A stretch of DNA of 64,000 bases from Octopus sinensis (Eukaryota). Of this stretch, positions 48,273-60,746 are shown piece by piece. Location of the stretch: NCBI RefSeq assembly GCF_006345805.1, contig NC_043023.1, positions 19,468,001 through 19,532,000 on the forward strand, written 5' to 3'. The notes below the pieces were generated by a model. The model was not told where the DNA came from, ran no database searches, and was given only the letters and a program-made list of their open reading frames with translations. Position numbers and translations under genes: made by a program. The number at the start of each line of letters is the position of its first letter. Positions within the stretch are counted from its first letter, which is position 1.

Positions 48273-50663
48273 TTAAAGTGTAAGAAGGGTCAAAATACTT
48301 GCCAGAGGGGGTAGGGTGGGTTCTTCTATGAAGGCCTTCAGCTGTTCAGCTTTGTTGAGAGTTACAGCTCGTGTGTGTGTCTGTCTGTCTGTGCGTGTGT
48401 GAAGGCAGGCCAATGGAGAGAGGTTTCAACTAGATATGGCCCGGCCTCCCTTAGAGTGTAGGAAGTTAAGAGCCACAACATTTACCAGAGGAGGTGGTGG
48501 GTTCTTCTCTGAAGGCCTGTTGTGCAGCCCTCTTGAGAGTTACATATTGTACATGTATGTGTGTGTGAAAGTGGGCCATTGGAGAGAGGTTTCAACTAGA
48601 TGTGGCTCGGCCTCCCTTAGAGTATAGGAAGTTAAGGGCTACAACACTTACCAGAGGAGGTGGTGGGTTCTTCTCTGAAGATCTGTTGTGCAGCTCTCTG
48701 GAGAGTTACATCTTGTACATATCTATATATATATTTGTGTGTGTGTGTGTGTGAAATCTCCAAGTAGTTTAAATGCACAAGTTTCCGATATCTTACTAGT
48801 TAAAATACACGAGCAGAAAGGCAGTTAAGGTGTCATGACCTGGTTGTGGCCTGGTCCCCTTAGGGTGTAGGAAGTTAAGGACCAAAACACCTGCTGTTTA
48901 GCTCTTTTGAGAGTTTCTTATCACAGAGGTCATTGAACTCTGCCATGTAAATTTACATTCACTAAATTCAAATGGGAGTGACCTAGATGTGCATACATAA
49001 AGAGCTATATGATCTACCAGAGCCAAACATTTCATACAAAAGCATAGACGTCACACACAGAGTTTGTGGGAAGTGTGTGTGTGTATGAAGGAGTAGAGGG
49101 TGTTAGCTCAAAAGGCAGGCTAAGAATGCAATGGATAGACAATATCAGGAGCTGGTTGGACAACAATGGCAAGGCAGCTAGAGGACTTGCACTGAATTGG
49201 GGATACTTTCATTGCAGTGTCATCAAGGCACTGCAGGTGTAGGACACATGATGGATACATGTATAAGGTGGTGAGCTGGCAGAAATGTTAGCGCGGCGGG
49301 CGAAATGCTTAGCGGTATTTCATCTATTGTTATGTTCTGAGTTCAAATTCTGCCGAGGTCGACTTTGCCTTTCATCCTTTCGGCGTCGATTAAATAAGTA
49401 CCAGTTACGCACTGGGGGTCGATATAATCAACTTAATCCGTCTGTTTGTCCTCTTTGTGTTTAGCCCCTTGCGGGTAAACCCATGCTAGCATGGAAAAGG
49501 GACGTTAAACGATGATGATGATGTATTTTGTCTGCCGTTACATTCTGAGTTCAAATTCCGCCGAGGTCGACTTTGCCTTTCATCCTTTCAGGGTTGATAA
49601 ATTAAGTACCAGTTTCACACTGGGGTTGATATAATCGACTTAATCCATTTGTCTGTCCTTGTTTGTCCCCTCTGTGTTTAGCCCCTTGTGGGTAGTAAAG
49701 AAATAGGTATTTCGTCTGTCTTTATGTTCTGAGTTCAAATTCCGCCGGGGTCGACTTTGCCTTTCATCCTTTCGGCATCGATTAAATAAGTACCAGTTAC
49801 ACCCTGAGGGGTCAATGTAATCAACTTAATTCATTTGTCTGTCCTTGTCTGTCCCCTCTGTGTTTAGCCCCTCGTGGGTAGTAAAGAAATATACATGATG
49901 GAAACAATGACTAGTCAAGTACCGGTTTTCCACACATCGCTTGACAACCAACGTTAGTTTGTTTACGTCCACGTAACCTAGCAGTTTGGCAAAAGAGACT
50001 GATAGAATAAGTACTAGGCTTACAAAGAATAAGTCCTGGCGTCGAATTGTTCGACGCCAGGACTTATTCTTGTTCAGCCAAATAACTGAAGCAGGTAAAA
50101 GAACATTATTAAGATAATGAGCTAGCAGAATCGTTAGCACACCAGACAAAATACTATCCATTTGTTTGTCTTTGAAGAATACAAGAAAAAGCATATTCTA
50201 TACATATATGGATACATGCATACACACCAATACACGCCCACGTATACTATATTGTACATTGTAGTTTCGAAACGGGGAACAAAACAGCATTCGTTTTGAA
50301 CGTCGCTTGCATTTTTGTCGGTTCTTGTTTTAGGGTCTGCTTTTTTAATATTATCAAACGTTTTCGCTCCTTCTTCATCTGTCTGGGCCTATTGACTTGA
50401 GTATCTTAATTCTCGGAGTAGCTCACACATTGGGTACCATTTGATAGCCATCTCGGATTATGTCGGACCTTCATTCTTGATTATATATATATTTATTTGT
50501 ATATATACATACACACACACACACACACACACATGCAGAGGCCAACTTTGCCTTACATCCTTTTGGGGGTCAATAAAATAAGTACCAGTTGAATACTGGG
50601 GGGTCAATGTAATCAACTAGTCCCCTCCCCCAAAATATCAGGCCTTGTGCCTATAATAGAAAG

Positions 50664-50697
<34 letters not shown>

Positions 50698-50849
50698 GGC
50701 GTTAGGAAGGGCATCCAGCTGTAGAAACACTGCCAGATCAGACTGGAGCCTGGTGCAGCCTTCTGGCTTCCCAGATCCCCGGTCGAACCGTCCAACCCAT
50801 GCTAGCATGGAGAACGGACGTTAAACGACGATGATGATGATGATGATAG

Positions 50850-52062
50850 ATGTCGCACAGTATACAATATTGTGAGGTTGTTGATTGAAGATATTGTGTC
50901 TACCTGGGGTTTGAACTCTTTGTCAAGTCACAACAAGGACCTCAGACAGACTGTACTTTATGCAATATGCATGTAGTTCCAAGTAATGCCACCTTTTGCA
51001 ATACACCTAGACGCTAAGGTGTTTCTAAACTTTCCAGATATTTCTTCAGGTTACGTGGCATTGAACCCAATTCTCTGATGGCAACAGGGATAAGCTTTAT
51101 GTTTAACCTTCGTACCTGCCACATCTTGGCAATCTCAATTCTTAGGTCTCCATATTTATCAACCTCTCCTCTTTCCGTCATGATGCTATGTTGATCTTCT
51201 GGCACTGCCATGCCAATTATTAGGCACTCTTGTTTGTCCCTCCTAAAGGTTACTATATCCAGGGCTTAGCCGCATGGTTACTTCGCTCACTCTGAACTCT
51301 CATCGAAGATTTCCTACCTTCAAACCGCTGGCGCTGTCTTACACACTTTTATTTGGCCGATGCCAGCACCGCCTCGACTGGCTTCTGTGCCGGTGGCACA
51401 TAAAAAGCACCGTCCGATCGTGGCCGATGCCAGACCCCTCTGGCACCTGTGCAGGTGGCACGTAAAAAGCACCCACTACACTCGCAGAGTGGTTGGCGTT
51501 AGGAAGGGCATCCAGCTGTAGAAACATTGCCAGATCAGACTGGAGCTTGGAGCAGCCCCTGGCTCCCCAGACCCTGGTCGAACCGTCTAACCGGTGCTAG
51601 CGCGGAAAACGGACGTTAAACGATGATGATGATGATGATACTCTAATACCTTGTTTGTCTGAAAGTCCAAGTCCCAGAGGATTTTTACCTTCCCCTTTTC
51701 ATCCATTATCTTTTTTGGTGTCTGTTAGTACCAAGCACCCGTAACCTCATATCCATTCTTATGGCATAGTAACCAGTGGAGTTTTTGAGCTACCTTGACA
51801 TGTGTATGCTTGTACTCTTTCTGCGTAAGACTTTCACAAGCACTAACAATGTGAGTCACACTTTCAACCCTCTTCCCACACATTCTGCAGAGGTGTGTCG
51901 CACTTGTGTGACATATATTCTTTTTAACTGAGTTAGTATTCAATGCCTGGTCCTGGGCAGCGATGATTAGGCTTTCAGTATTCTTTTTTAGGTCACCCTT
52001 GTTAAGCTGTTAGGGGTCTTTTAATTGTTGGTTTCATGGAACTAATGAATCCACCGTGAAAC

Positions 52063-52063
<1 letters not shown>
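50850..52063 (-). mobile_element. R4/Dong-clade-like non-LTR retrotransposon fragment (CCHC + RLE endonuclease), split by an RTE 3' UTR at ~51345-51640
   Basis: SLIIAAQDQALNTN...LCRMCGKRVESVTHIVSAC...HWLLC...KILWDLDFQT / PDIV...MAVPED...KYGDLRIEIAKMW...IPVAIRELG...LQKVALLGT. Confidence 0.8.
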
Positions 52064-52105
<42 letters not shown>

Positions 52106-53075
52106 GTGGTCAGCTGGCAGAATCATTAAAACACTGGGCAAAATTCTAAGCAGCATTTCCTCCCTCTTTATGTTTGAATTCAGATTCCACCAATGTTGAT
52201 TTTTGCCTTTCATCCTTTTGGGGGGTTCATGAAATAAGTACCAGTGAAACACTGGGGTTCATGTATTCAACTTGTCCCGTCCTCAAAATTTCAGTCCTTG
52301 TGTCTTTAGTAGAAAAGATTATTATTAATATTAAGGTGGGTGGCTAGCAGAATTGTTAGCGCTCTGGGTAGAATGCTTAGCAGTATTTCATCTGTCTCTA
52401 TGTTCTGAGTTCAAATTCTGCTGAGGTCGGTTTTGCCTTTCATCCCTTTGGGGTCAATAAAATAAGTACTGGAGTTGATGTAATCAACTATCCCCCTCCC
52501 CCAAATTTCAGGTCTTGTGCCTTTAGTAGAAAGGATTATTATTAGAGGGAAGGGCTGTCTGGTAGCAAGTTTATTGAAAGGTGGGTGAATGTCGCAAGAA
52601 CGACCGAGAATGAACGGACCAATCTGAGGATACACCTGTGAAAAATTAAAAGGAAATATAAAAGGAGAAAGGGGCTCTCTACCCCCCTTTTGACCAGGCT
52701 CCCGTGGCTTTTATGGGTTTTTCCACGAGTAACCCTTTCGAAGCGCCTCCCCCTATTGGGAGTTTTAATTGTTACTTACATTTCGTTGTTATCCTGCTTT
52801 TGTACATGGACCCTTTTTCAAAACGGACAAAACCCTTTGTAACCTTTCATCCTGTGTTTTGTCCCTTTATGTTTTAATTGATTTTTGTTAGCCCTTGTGG
52901 CCAATAAACGAATTTATTATTATTATTATTATTATTGTTTCAAATTCTGCCGAGGTCGGCTTCGCCTTTCATCCTTTCGGGGTTGATAAATCAAGTACCA
53001 GTTAAGTACTGGGGTCGATGGAATCGACTATGCCCCCTCCCTCCAATTTCAGGCCTTGTGCCTATAACAGAAAGG

Positions 53076-53108
<33 letters not shown>

Positions 53109-53944
53109 TCAAACGGACAAAACCCTTTTGTAACTTTCGTCCTGTGTTTTGCCCCTTTATGTTTTAATTGATATTTGTCAGCCCTTGTGGCCAATAAACG
53201 AATTTATTATTATTATTGAGTGAGCGAGCAGAGCATGCCATCAAAGTGACACTGGGGTAAAATATACGAAGCCCAGTATACCCATCATGACCACCCGTCT
53301 GATAAGGGTACATCAGGCACATGCATCACAACCATATGTGCGCGACATGGCGATCTCATATCAAGATAAACAGCACATGACCTTGCAGGTGGGGCCCAGT
53401 TAGAATTTTCTTCAGGTCAGGTAACCCATCCCGCTCAAAAGGTCCCTGAATAAGGGTTAAGGACGTTGAATGAAACACCTATGTTTCCAGAGGTGAATTA
53501 TTCAAACCCCAAAATTATTATTATTATTATTATCATCATTATTATTATTATTAATTGAATATGCAAAACTGTTGATGGTCATTATTGACGTACGTTTAAA
53601 CATGTTTGAATGAAATTAGAACATTGTGCATGAAGCAATATTTGTCTTTTTTGTTTCCCAATCAGCATTATTGATCTTTTATTCTCAAATAATAGACTGC
53701 ATGCAGTAGATTGTATAGAATTTAGTATTGAACTTCAATAATATAAATTGTAGAAAAGAAAGAAAACCAGTCTACTATTCTTTATTTTATCATCATCATC
53801 ATTATTATTATTATTGTATTCAAGTCCTGCCAAGGTCAAGTTTGTCATTAATCCTTTTGCGGGTCGATAAATGAAAGTACCGGTCAAGGACTAGGGTTGA
53901 TATGATCGTCTAACCCCTCTCTTCCCCTTAAGCTGCTATCCTTC

Positions 53945-54590
53945 ATCATCATCATCATCATCATCATCATTTAGTGTCCGCTTTCCATGCTAGCATAGGT
54001 TGGACGGTTTGACTGAGGTCTGGGAAGCCAGAAGGCTGCACCAGGCCCAGTCTTATCTGGCAATGTTTCTACGGCTGGATGCCCTTCCTAATGCCAACCA
54101 CTCCATGAGTGTAGTGGGTGCTTTTTACGTGCCACCCGCACAGGTGCCAGACAGAGCTGGCAAACGGCCACGAACGGATGGTGCTTTTTATGTGCCACTG
54201 GCACGGGGGCCAGGCGAGGCTGGCAACGGACACGAACGGATGGTGCTTTTTACGTGCCACCGGCATGAGGCCAGTCGGGGCGGCGCTGGCAACGGTCGCG
54301 AACGGATGGTTCTCTTACATGCCACTGGCACTGGTATCACAGCTACAATCTCCATTGATGTTGATTGATTTCGATTCTGATTCTCGCTTGCCTCAACAGG
54401 TCTTAACAAGTAGAGCTTTGTGTCCCAAGAAGGAAAGGTATGCATAAGTGGACTGAGTACATCCCAGGTAGAGGCCACGAGTTATGATCTCACTTGTCCT
54501 GCCGGGTCTTCTCACGCACAGCATACTTCCATAGGTCTCGGTCTCTTGTCATTTCCTCGGTGAGACCTAAAGTTCGAAGGTCGTGTCCCT
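53945..54590 (-). mobile_element. RTE LINE ORF end plus complete 3' UTR
   Basis: DLRTLGLTEEMTRDRDLWKYAVREKTRQDK-stop, then the common UTR and (ATG)n tail. This links the abundant UTR repeat to an RTE LINE. Confidence 0.8.
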
Positions 54591-55007
54591 TGTGTCCAAA
54601 TTTTAAACCATGAGGGCAGTAAGGTGGTAGAAATCCTACTGAGGTTGACTTTGCCTTTTGTCCTTTTCCGTGTTGATAAAATAGGTACCAGTTTTGCACA
54701 GGGGTTGATGTAATTGAGTAGCCCCTCCCCACGAAATTTCAGCACTTTTGCCTCTAGTAGAAAGGATTATTATTATCGTTATTATCAAGGTGGCGAACTG
54801 GCAGAATCGTTAGCACGCTGGGTGAAATGTTTAGTGGTATTTTGTCTGCTGCTACGTTCTGAGTTCAAATTCCGCCGAGGTTGACTTTGCCTTTCATCCT
54901 TTCTGGGTCAATAAAGTAAATACCAGTTGAACACTGGGGTCAGTGTAATTGACTTAACCCCTCTCCTGAAATTGCTGGTATTGTGTCAAAATCTGAAACC
55001 GTTGTTA

Positions 55008-55352
55008 TTATTACCACTGCCTTAGTAAAGGTGGAGGTATTGTTTTCAGTCATGTTTGTTTGGACAAGATATCTCAAGAACCGCTGGATGGATTTGGATG
55101 AAACTTTCAGTGATGTTTGGCCTTGTCACTGGCATGAACTGATTAGATTTTGGACAAGGATTCTGGATTATTTTTCCTGGTTTTTCTTTTACTTAATTTT
55201 TGAGAGTGGTCAGGTTCATTTCTATTATACTTGTTTGTGAGAGCAGTCGAGTTTATTTCAGATATTCTCATTTTAAAAATCATCTCCGGCTAATCGTTGA
55301 GAGGACATTAGTGTTGCCTTGGCGGGGGTTTGCACTCTATGAGTGCTCTTGT
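55008..55352 (+). mobile_element. Helentron-associated (DINE/HINE-like) non-autonomous element
   Basis: Starts TTATTACCACTGCC...GGAGGTATTGTTTTC; ends GGCGGGGGTTT plus hairpin GCACTC-TAT-GAGTGC, then TT. Confidence 0.65.
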
Positions 55353-55554
55353 TGTTGTTGTTGTTGTTAAAACTACAAGGTAGTAGAATCTTTGAGGAAG
55401 TTGGTTCAAACTTATTTCGTTTGGCTCTTGATGTTCTCAGTGTGAAAGAGTGACAATGGTTTTCTCACAAGTTTCCATCTACCAAATCCACTCACAAGGC
55501 TTTGGTCAGCCTGAGGCTGTAGTAGAAAACACTTGCCCAAGGTATATAGAATGA

Positions 55555-55915
55555 GATTATTGTATACAGTGCTCAGGTGCACCACAACTTGTCAAAAAGT
55601 GCATATAAAGCAGATGCAGTAATGTACAAATGTCTGGGAAGCGAACAGTGTATGAGTCAGATACATGCTTGTGTGTGTATGGAGGGGAGAAATCTCAGGT
55701 GTGGTGTTGGCGAATCTCAGGAAGCATGAAAGTTTTGAAGGATGCAGTGCTCCGACAACCAACAACTGATGCCAGCAGTTTGTTCCATGCTTCAGCAACT
55801 CTCAGCATGAAAAAATGTTTCCGAAAGTCATGGAAGGAGCTGTGCTGTTTTCTGACTTTGTAAACATGTCCACGGGTGTTAGACAGGTGGAGTTTGAAAA
55901 GGTGCTCAGAGTTGC
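55555..55915 (-). mobile_element. CR1-clade LINE 3' end (monomer of the 123-bp array family)
   Basis: EHLFKLHLSNTRGHVYKVRKQH...RKHFFMLRVAEAWNKL...FKTFMLPEIRQHHT-stop, plus UTR. Confidence 0.85.
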
Positions 55916-56125
55916 CATGCTGTAGGACTGAACCTAGAACCATATGGTTGAGAAGTAAATTTCTTACCACACGGGTATACCTTTCCCTTTTAGTGTATTT
56001 TTGTGATGTATAACTAGGAAAATTTATGGATTGTTTGATAAGGGTGAGGGGAAAATAAATTAGATGATGAATATGGTGGTTGCTTAAATATTTATTTATG
56101 CCATCTCTTCTGCTTCCTCCGACAG

Positions 56126-56224
56126 GTCTGCAGGGAAATCCATTGTCTCCAGATATTTTAAATCGTTACAATGAACCAAACGGGACTCAAAAGCTACTCA
56201 GCTACATGTTGGATCACTTAGCAC
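56126..56224 (+). CDS. CNOT6: CNOT6/CNOT6L exon (LRR C-terminal cap)
   Basis: (G)LQGNPLSPDILNRYNEPNGTQKLLSYMLDHLA resembles human LKGNPLTQDILNLYQEPDGTRRLLNYLLDNL. Acceptor ccgacag; donor GTAAGT at 56225; 99 nt, phase 1-1. Confidence 0.95.
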
Positions 56225-56899
56225 GTAAGTACAATAACCCTTGTTATACCAACCCACTCAAAGCAGCCCATGGTATCCGTGATATAAGGTGCCACGCATT
56301 GGGACTGAACCCGGAACCATGTGGTTGAGAATCAAGCTTTCTATTTCTTCAGACTTTATTTATTTTTTATTTTTTTATAATTTTGTTCTTTTGGTTTGAC
56401 CATTCATTTTAACTCAGATCTGCATTGAGTTAACCTTGGGATTCCCAAACGACAATGCTACATTCACGTAATTAAGGTATACTCAGCCTGATGAATAGCT
56501 TAGCTGGGTACCCCTCATTGAATAATTGTTACTTCAGAGGATCAAATCATCATCATCATCGTTTAATGTCCGTTTTCCGCGCTAGCACGGGTTGGACGGT
56601 TCGACCGGGGTCTGGGAAGCCAGGGGCTGCACCAGGCTCCAGTCTGATCTGGCAGAGTTTCTACAGCTGGATGCCCTTCATAACGCCAACCACTCTGTGA
56701 GTGTAGTGGGTGCTTTTTACATGCCACCGGCACAGGTGCCAGGGGAGTCTGGCAGTGGCCATGATCGGTTGGTGCTTTTAATGTGCCACCGGCACGGAAG
56801 CCAGCGAAGGCGGCGCTGGCATCGGCCTCAGCAAAGAAATATACGTAGCCTGGCCTTTACCTGTTCTACTCCCTCGATTTGCATTTTTATTCACTGAGG

Positions 56900-58345
56900 T
56901 GCTGATCTCGAACTGCAGAGGGAACATGTGGAAGGAGTAGACCTAGGAAGACCTGGGACAAAGTGGTGAGAAAGGATCTACAGATGTTGGGACTCATGGA
57001 GGGGATGATAGGGGGCTGATAATCCTGGTGGTTGGTTTGCTGTGCTTGAAAAGACACGTCAAGCTAAGGTAAAAGTGGGGTCGCCCTTGCATACAGGCTC
57101 AACCCTTGCAACCCTCTCCAGCTGAGCATCCCTAGTCTTGCAGGCTCATAGGTGTTGGTGCCACAAAAAAAAAAAAGCACTCTGTCCACATTGTAAAGTG
57201 GTTGGTATTCAGAAGGGCATCTAGCTGTACAAACCTTGCCAAAACTGACCTCACCTGTGCTTGTGCCACGTAAAAAGCACTAAGTCCACTCTACTGAGTA
57301 GTTGGTGTTTGGAAGGGCATCCAGCTGTAAAACCCTTGCCAAAACTGACCTCACCTGTGCTTGTGCCACATAAAAAGCACTAGGTCCACTCTACTGAGTG
57401 GTTGGTGTTTGGAAGGGCATCCAGCTGTAAAACCCTTGCCAAAACTGACCTCACCTGTGCTTGTGCCACGTAAAAAGCACTAGGTCCACTCTACTGAGTG
57501 GTTGGTGTTTGGAAGGGCATCCAGCTGTAAAACCCTTGCCAAAACTGACCTCACCTGTGCTTGTGCCACGTAAAAAGCACTAGGTCCACTCTACTGAGTG
57601 GTTGGTGTTTGGAAGGGCATCCAGCTGTAAAACCCTTGCCAAAACTGACCTCACCTGTGCTTGTGCCACGTAAAAAGCACTAGGTCCACTCAGCTGAGTG
57701 GTTGGTGTTGTGAAGGGCATCCAGCTGTAAAAACCTTGCCAAAACTGACCTCACCTGTGCTTGTGCCATGTAAAAAGCACCAAGTCCACTCTGCTGAGTG
57801 ATTGGTGTTCGGAAGGGCATCCAGCTGTAAAAACTTGCCAAAACTGACCTCACTGTGCTTGTGCCATGTAAAAAGCACCAAGTCCACTCTGCTGAGTGAT
57901 TGGTGTTCGGAAGGGCATCCAGCTGTAAAAACCTTGCCAAAACTGACCTCACCTGTGCTTGTGCCATGTAAAAAGCACCAAGTCCACTCTGCTGAGTGAT
58001 TGGTGTTCGGAAGGGCATCCAGCTGTAAAAACCTTGCCAAAACTGACCTCACCTGTGCTTGTGCCATGTAAAAAGCACCAAGTCCACTCTGCTGAGTGAT
58101 TGGTGTTCGGAAGGGCATCCAGCTGTAAAAACCTTGCTAAAACTGACCTCACCTGTGCTTGTACCACGTAAAAAGCACCAAGTCCACTCTACTGAGTGAT
58201 TGATATTAGGAAGGGCATCCAGTTGTAAAAATCCTGCCAGGACAGTCACAAAAGTCTGGTGCAAGCTTCTACCTGGCCAGCTCATGTGAAACCACCCCAT
58301 CTATGCTAGCATGGAAGGTGGATATTAAATGATGATGATGATGAC
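56900..58345 (+). mobile_element. RTE LINE 3' end whose UTR contains a 100-bp tandem array (~57190-58235, ~10 units)
   Basis: GTCGRSRPRKTWDKVVRKDLQMLGL. GAAGGGCAT recurs at exact 100-bp steps from 57312 to 57812. Ends TTAAATGATGATG. Confidence 0.88.
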
Positions 58346-58351
58346 ATAGGG

Positions 58352-58571
58352 CAGTGCTTTTCAACCTTTTTGCTAGAGCGGAACCCCAAGGAAACATTTC
58401 ACTGGCTCGAGGAACCCCTGTGCAATAATTTAATTGTCTTATGCACACATATTTGCACAGGAGAATTAAAAATTACAGTCGATTTTTAGCATTTTTGTAA
58501 CTTCTTGCAGAACCCCTGGACTGTACTGGCGGAACCCTAAGGTTCCGTGGAACCCTGGTTGAAAACCACTG
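58352..58571. mobile_element. hAT-type MITE
   Basis: 15-bp TIR CAGTGCTTTTCAACC / GGTTGAAAACCACTG; perfect 8-bp TSD ACATAGGG at 58344-58351 and 58572-58579. Confidence 0.92.
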
Positions 58572-59676
58572 ACATAGGGTAAAGACCATGAATGATCAGG
58601 GGACTGCACCGCGAAAGTTTCCCTCTGAGGCATAAATCTAGGCAAGGTTGTTTATGGAAGACCAGCAGTCGTCCATGCATACCTGTTTCTCCTCTCCACA
58701 CCACTGATGTTATCCAAGGGAAAGGCAAAGGGGCCGATACAGCTTGGAACCAGTTACGTCGCAACTCATTTCTACAGCTGAGTGAACTGGAGCAACGTGA
58801 AATAAAGTGTCTTGCTCAAGAACACAGCCCGGTCCGGGAATTGAGGGTGTGATTTGAGGAAGATTTAGCTGCTATTTCTACTAGGTTTCGATGCTATGTA
58901 AAGGTCTCCCTCATTGGCTTATACATACATAGCAAAGGGTAAAGTCCCTCTTTAGTCATGAATGCACTTAGGAAGTTCCCCCTCCGAGGCACAAATCCAA
59001 GCAAGGTTGTTTTATGGAAGTCCAGCAATCGCCCATACATACCTATTTCTTTATTACCCACAAGGGGCTAAACACAGAGGGGACAAACAAGGACAGACAT
59101 AGGTATTAAGTCGATTACATCGACCCCAGTGCGTAACTGGTACTTAATTTATCGACCTCGAAAGGATGAAAGGCAAAGTCGACCTTGGCGGAATTTGAAC
59201 TCAGAACATAACGGCAGACGAAATACCTATTTCTTTACTACCCACAAGGGGCTAAACACAGAGGGGACAAACAAAGACAGACATAGGTATTAAGTCGATT
59301 ACATTGACTTCAGTGCATAACTGGTACTTAATTTATCGACCCCGAAAGGATGAAAGGCAAAGTCGACCTCGGCGGAATTTGAACTCAGAACGGAATGACA
59401 GACGAAATACCGCTAAGCATTTCGTCCGGCGTGCTAACGTTTCTATCAGCATGCCACCTTACATACCTGTTTCTCCTCTCCACACCACTGATGTTATCAA
59501 AGGGAAAGGCAAAGGCCGATACAGAGCTACAGTAGAAAATACTTGCCCAGGAACTGAACCTAAAACCACTTTGTTGCTATTTTTTTTTACTGGTTTCAGC
59601 CATTTGACTGCGGTCATGCTTGAAATTACATGTATCCTCCTTCGACTGCATGGCTGTGATATTTTTTTATTTATAA

Positions 59677-60060
59677 ACTAGCAGTATCGCCCGGCGTTGC
59701 TCAGGTTTGTAAGGGAAATAACTATAAAGCATTTTTAGAGAGTTATAGCCAAAAAATAGCAAAAAAATGGAAAAAAATTATGGTAAATTTTTTTTGAGTA
59801 AAAGAAGGTGGAGTTGCGTCCCCTAGACAGTTTGCGGTTTGTGTTTCTAATTCTCGACCCCATGTCGAATTTATCGATTTTTTTCAGAACTGGGGGAACT
59901 TTTCAAAATTTTCGCTGCGTTAGTTTTGAATTATGACATTGGGCTATGTGTGTGTCAAGTTTCATCAGAATCGGTTGAAAGCCGTGGTCAGGGTGAGGGT
60001 ACAAGCAAACAGACACACAGAAGCACGCACAGACAAACTGCCGTTTATATAGAGAGAGAT
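59677..60060 (+). mobile_element. Non-autonomous Helitron-like element (Lep1-type architecture)
   Basis: Starts ACTAGCAGTATCGCCCGGCGTTGCTC; contains CAAGTTTCATCAGAATCGG; ends ACAGACAAACTGCCGTTTATATAGAGAGAGAT. Confidence 0.6.
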
Positions 60061-60231
60061 TCCACGGTCTGTTTTTAAAATTGGGTGTGGGTGTCTCTGT
60101 TATTGTCAAGTGCAGCGTATATGGCACGATGTATAGGTGGCGCTGCTGGTGTTTACAGTGTCTGGTGGTGTGATAAACGAAATTTTAATGCTTACCTCAT
60201 TGCAAGACACAGTAACCTGACACTAGAGCTG

Positions 60232-60286
60232 GCCTATATATGTATATGAGTGTGTGTGTGTGTATGTGTCTCATCATCATCATGTG

Positions 60287-60331
<45 letters not shown>

Positions 60332-60394
60332 ATGCATTTGTATGTATATATATGTGTGTGTGTGTGTATATATATGCGCCTGTATGTATGTATA

Positions 60395-60425
<31 letters not shown>

Positions 60426-60710
60426 GCGTCTGTATGTATGTATATATATGTGTGTGTGTGTATATATATGCGTCTGTATGTATGTATATATATATGTGTG
60501 TGTGTATATATATGTCTGTATGTATGTATATATGTGTGTGTGTGTGTATATATGCATCTGTATGTATATATATATATTTGTGTGTGTGTGTGTGTGTGTG
60601 TATATATGCATCTGTATGTATATATATATATTTGTGTGTGTGTGTGTGTGTATATATATATGTGTCTATGTATGTATATATATATATATATGCATGTATG
60701 TATGTATGTA

Positions 60711-60745
<35 letters not shown>

Positions 60746-60746
60746 T
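60232..60746. repeat. Compound (TA)n/(TG)n microsatellite with periodic TCTGTATG
   Basis: Direct inspection. Confidence 0.95.

Noticed and set aside
56486-56512. CTGATGA followed by a small hairpin (possible hammerhead)
   Set aside because: The GAAA box and cleavage triplet are absent.
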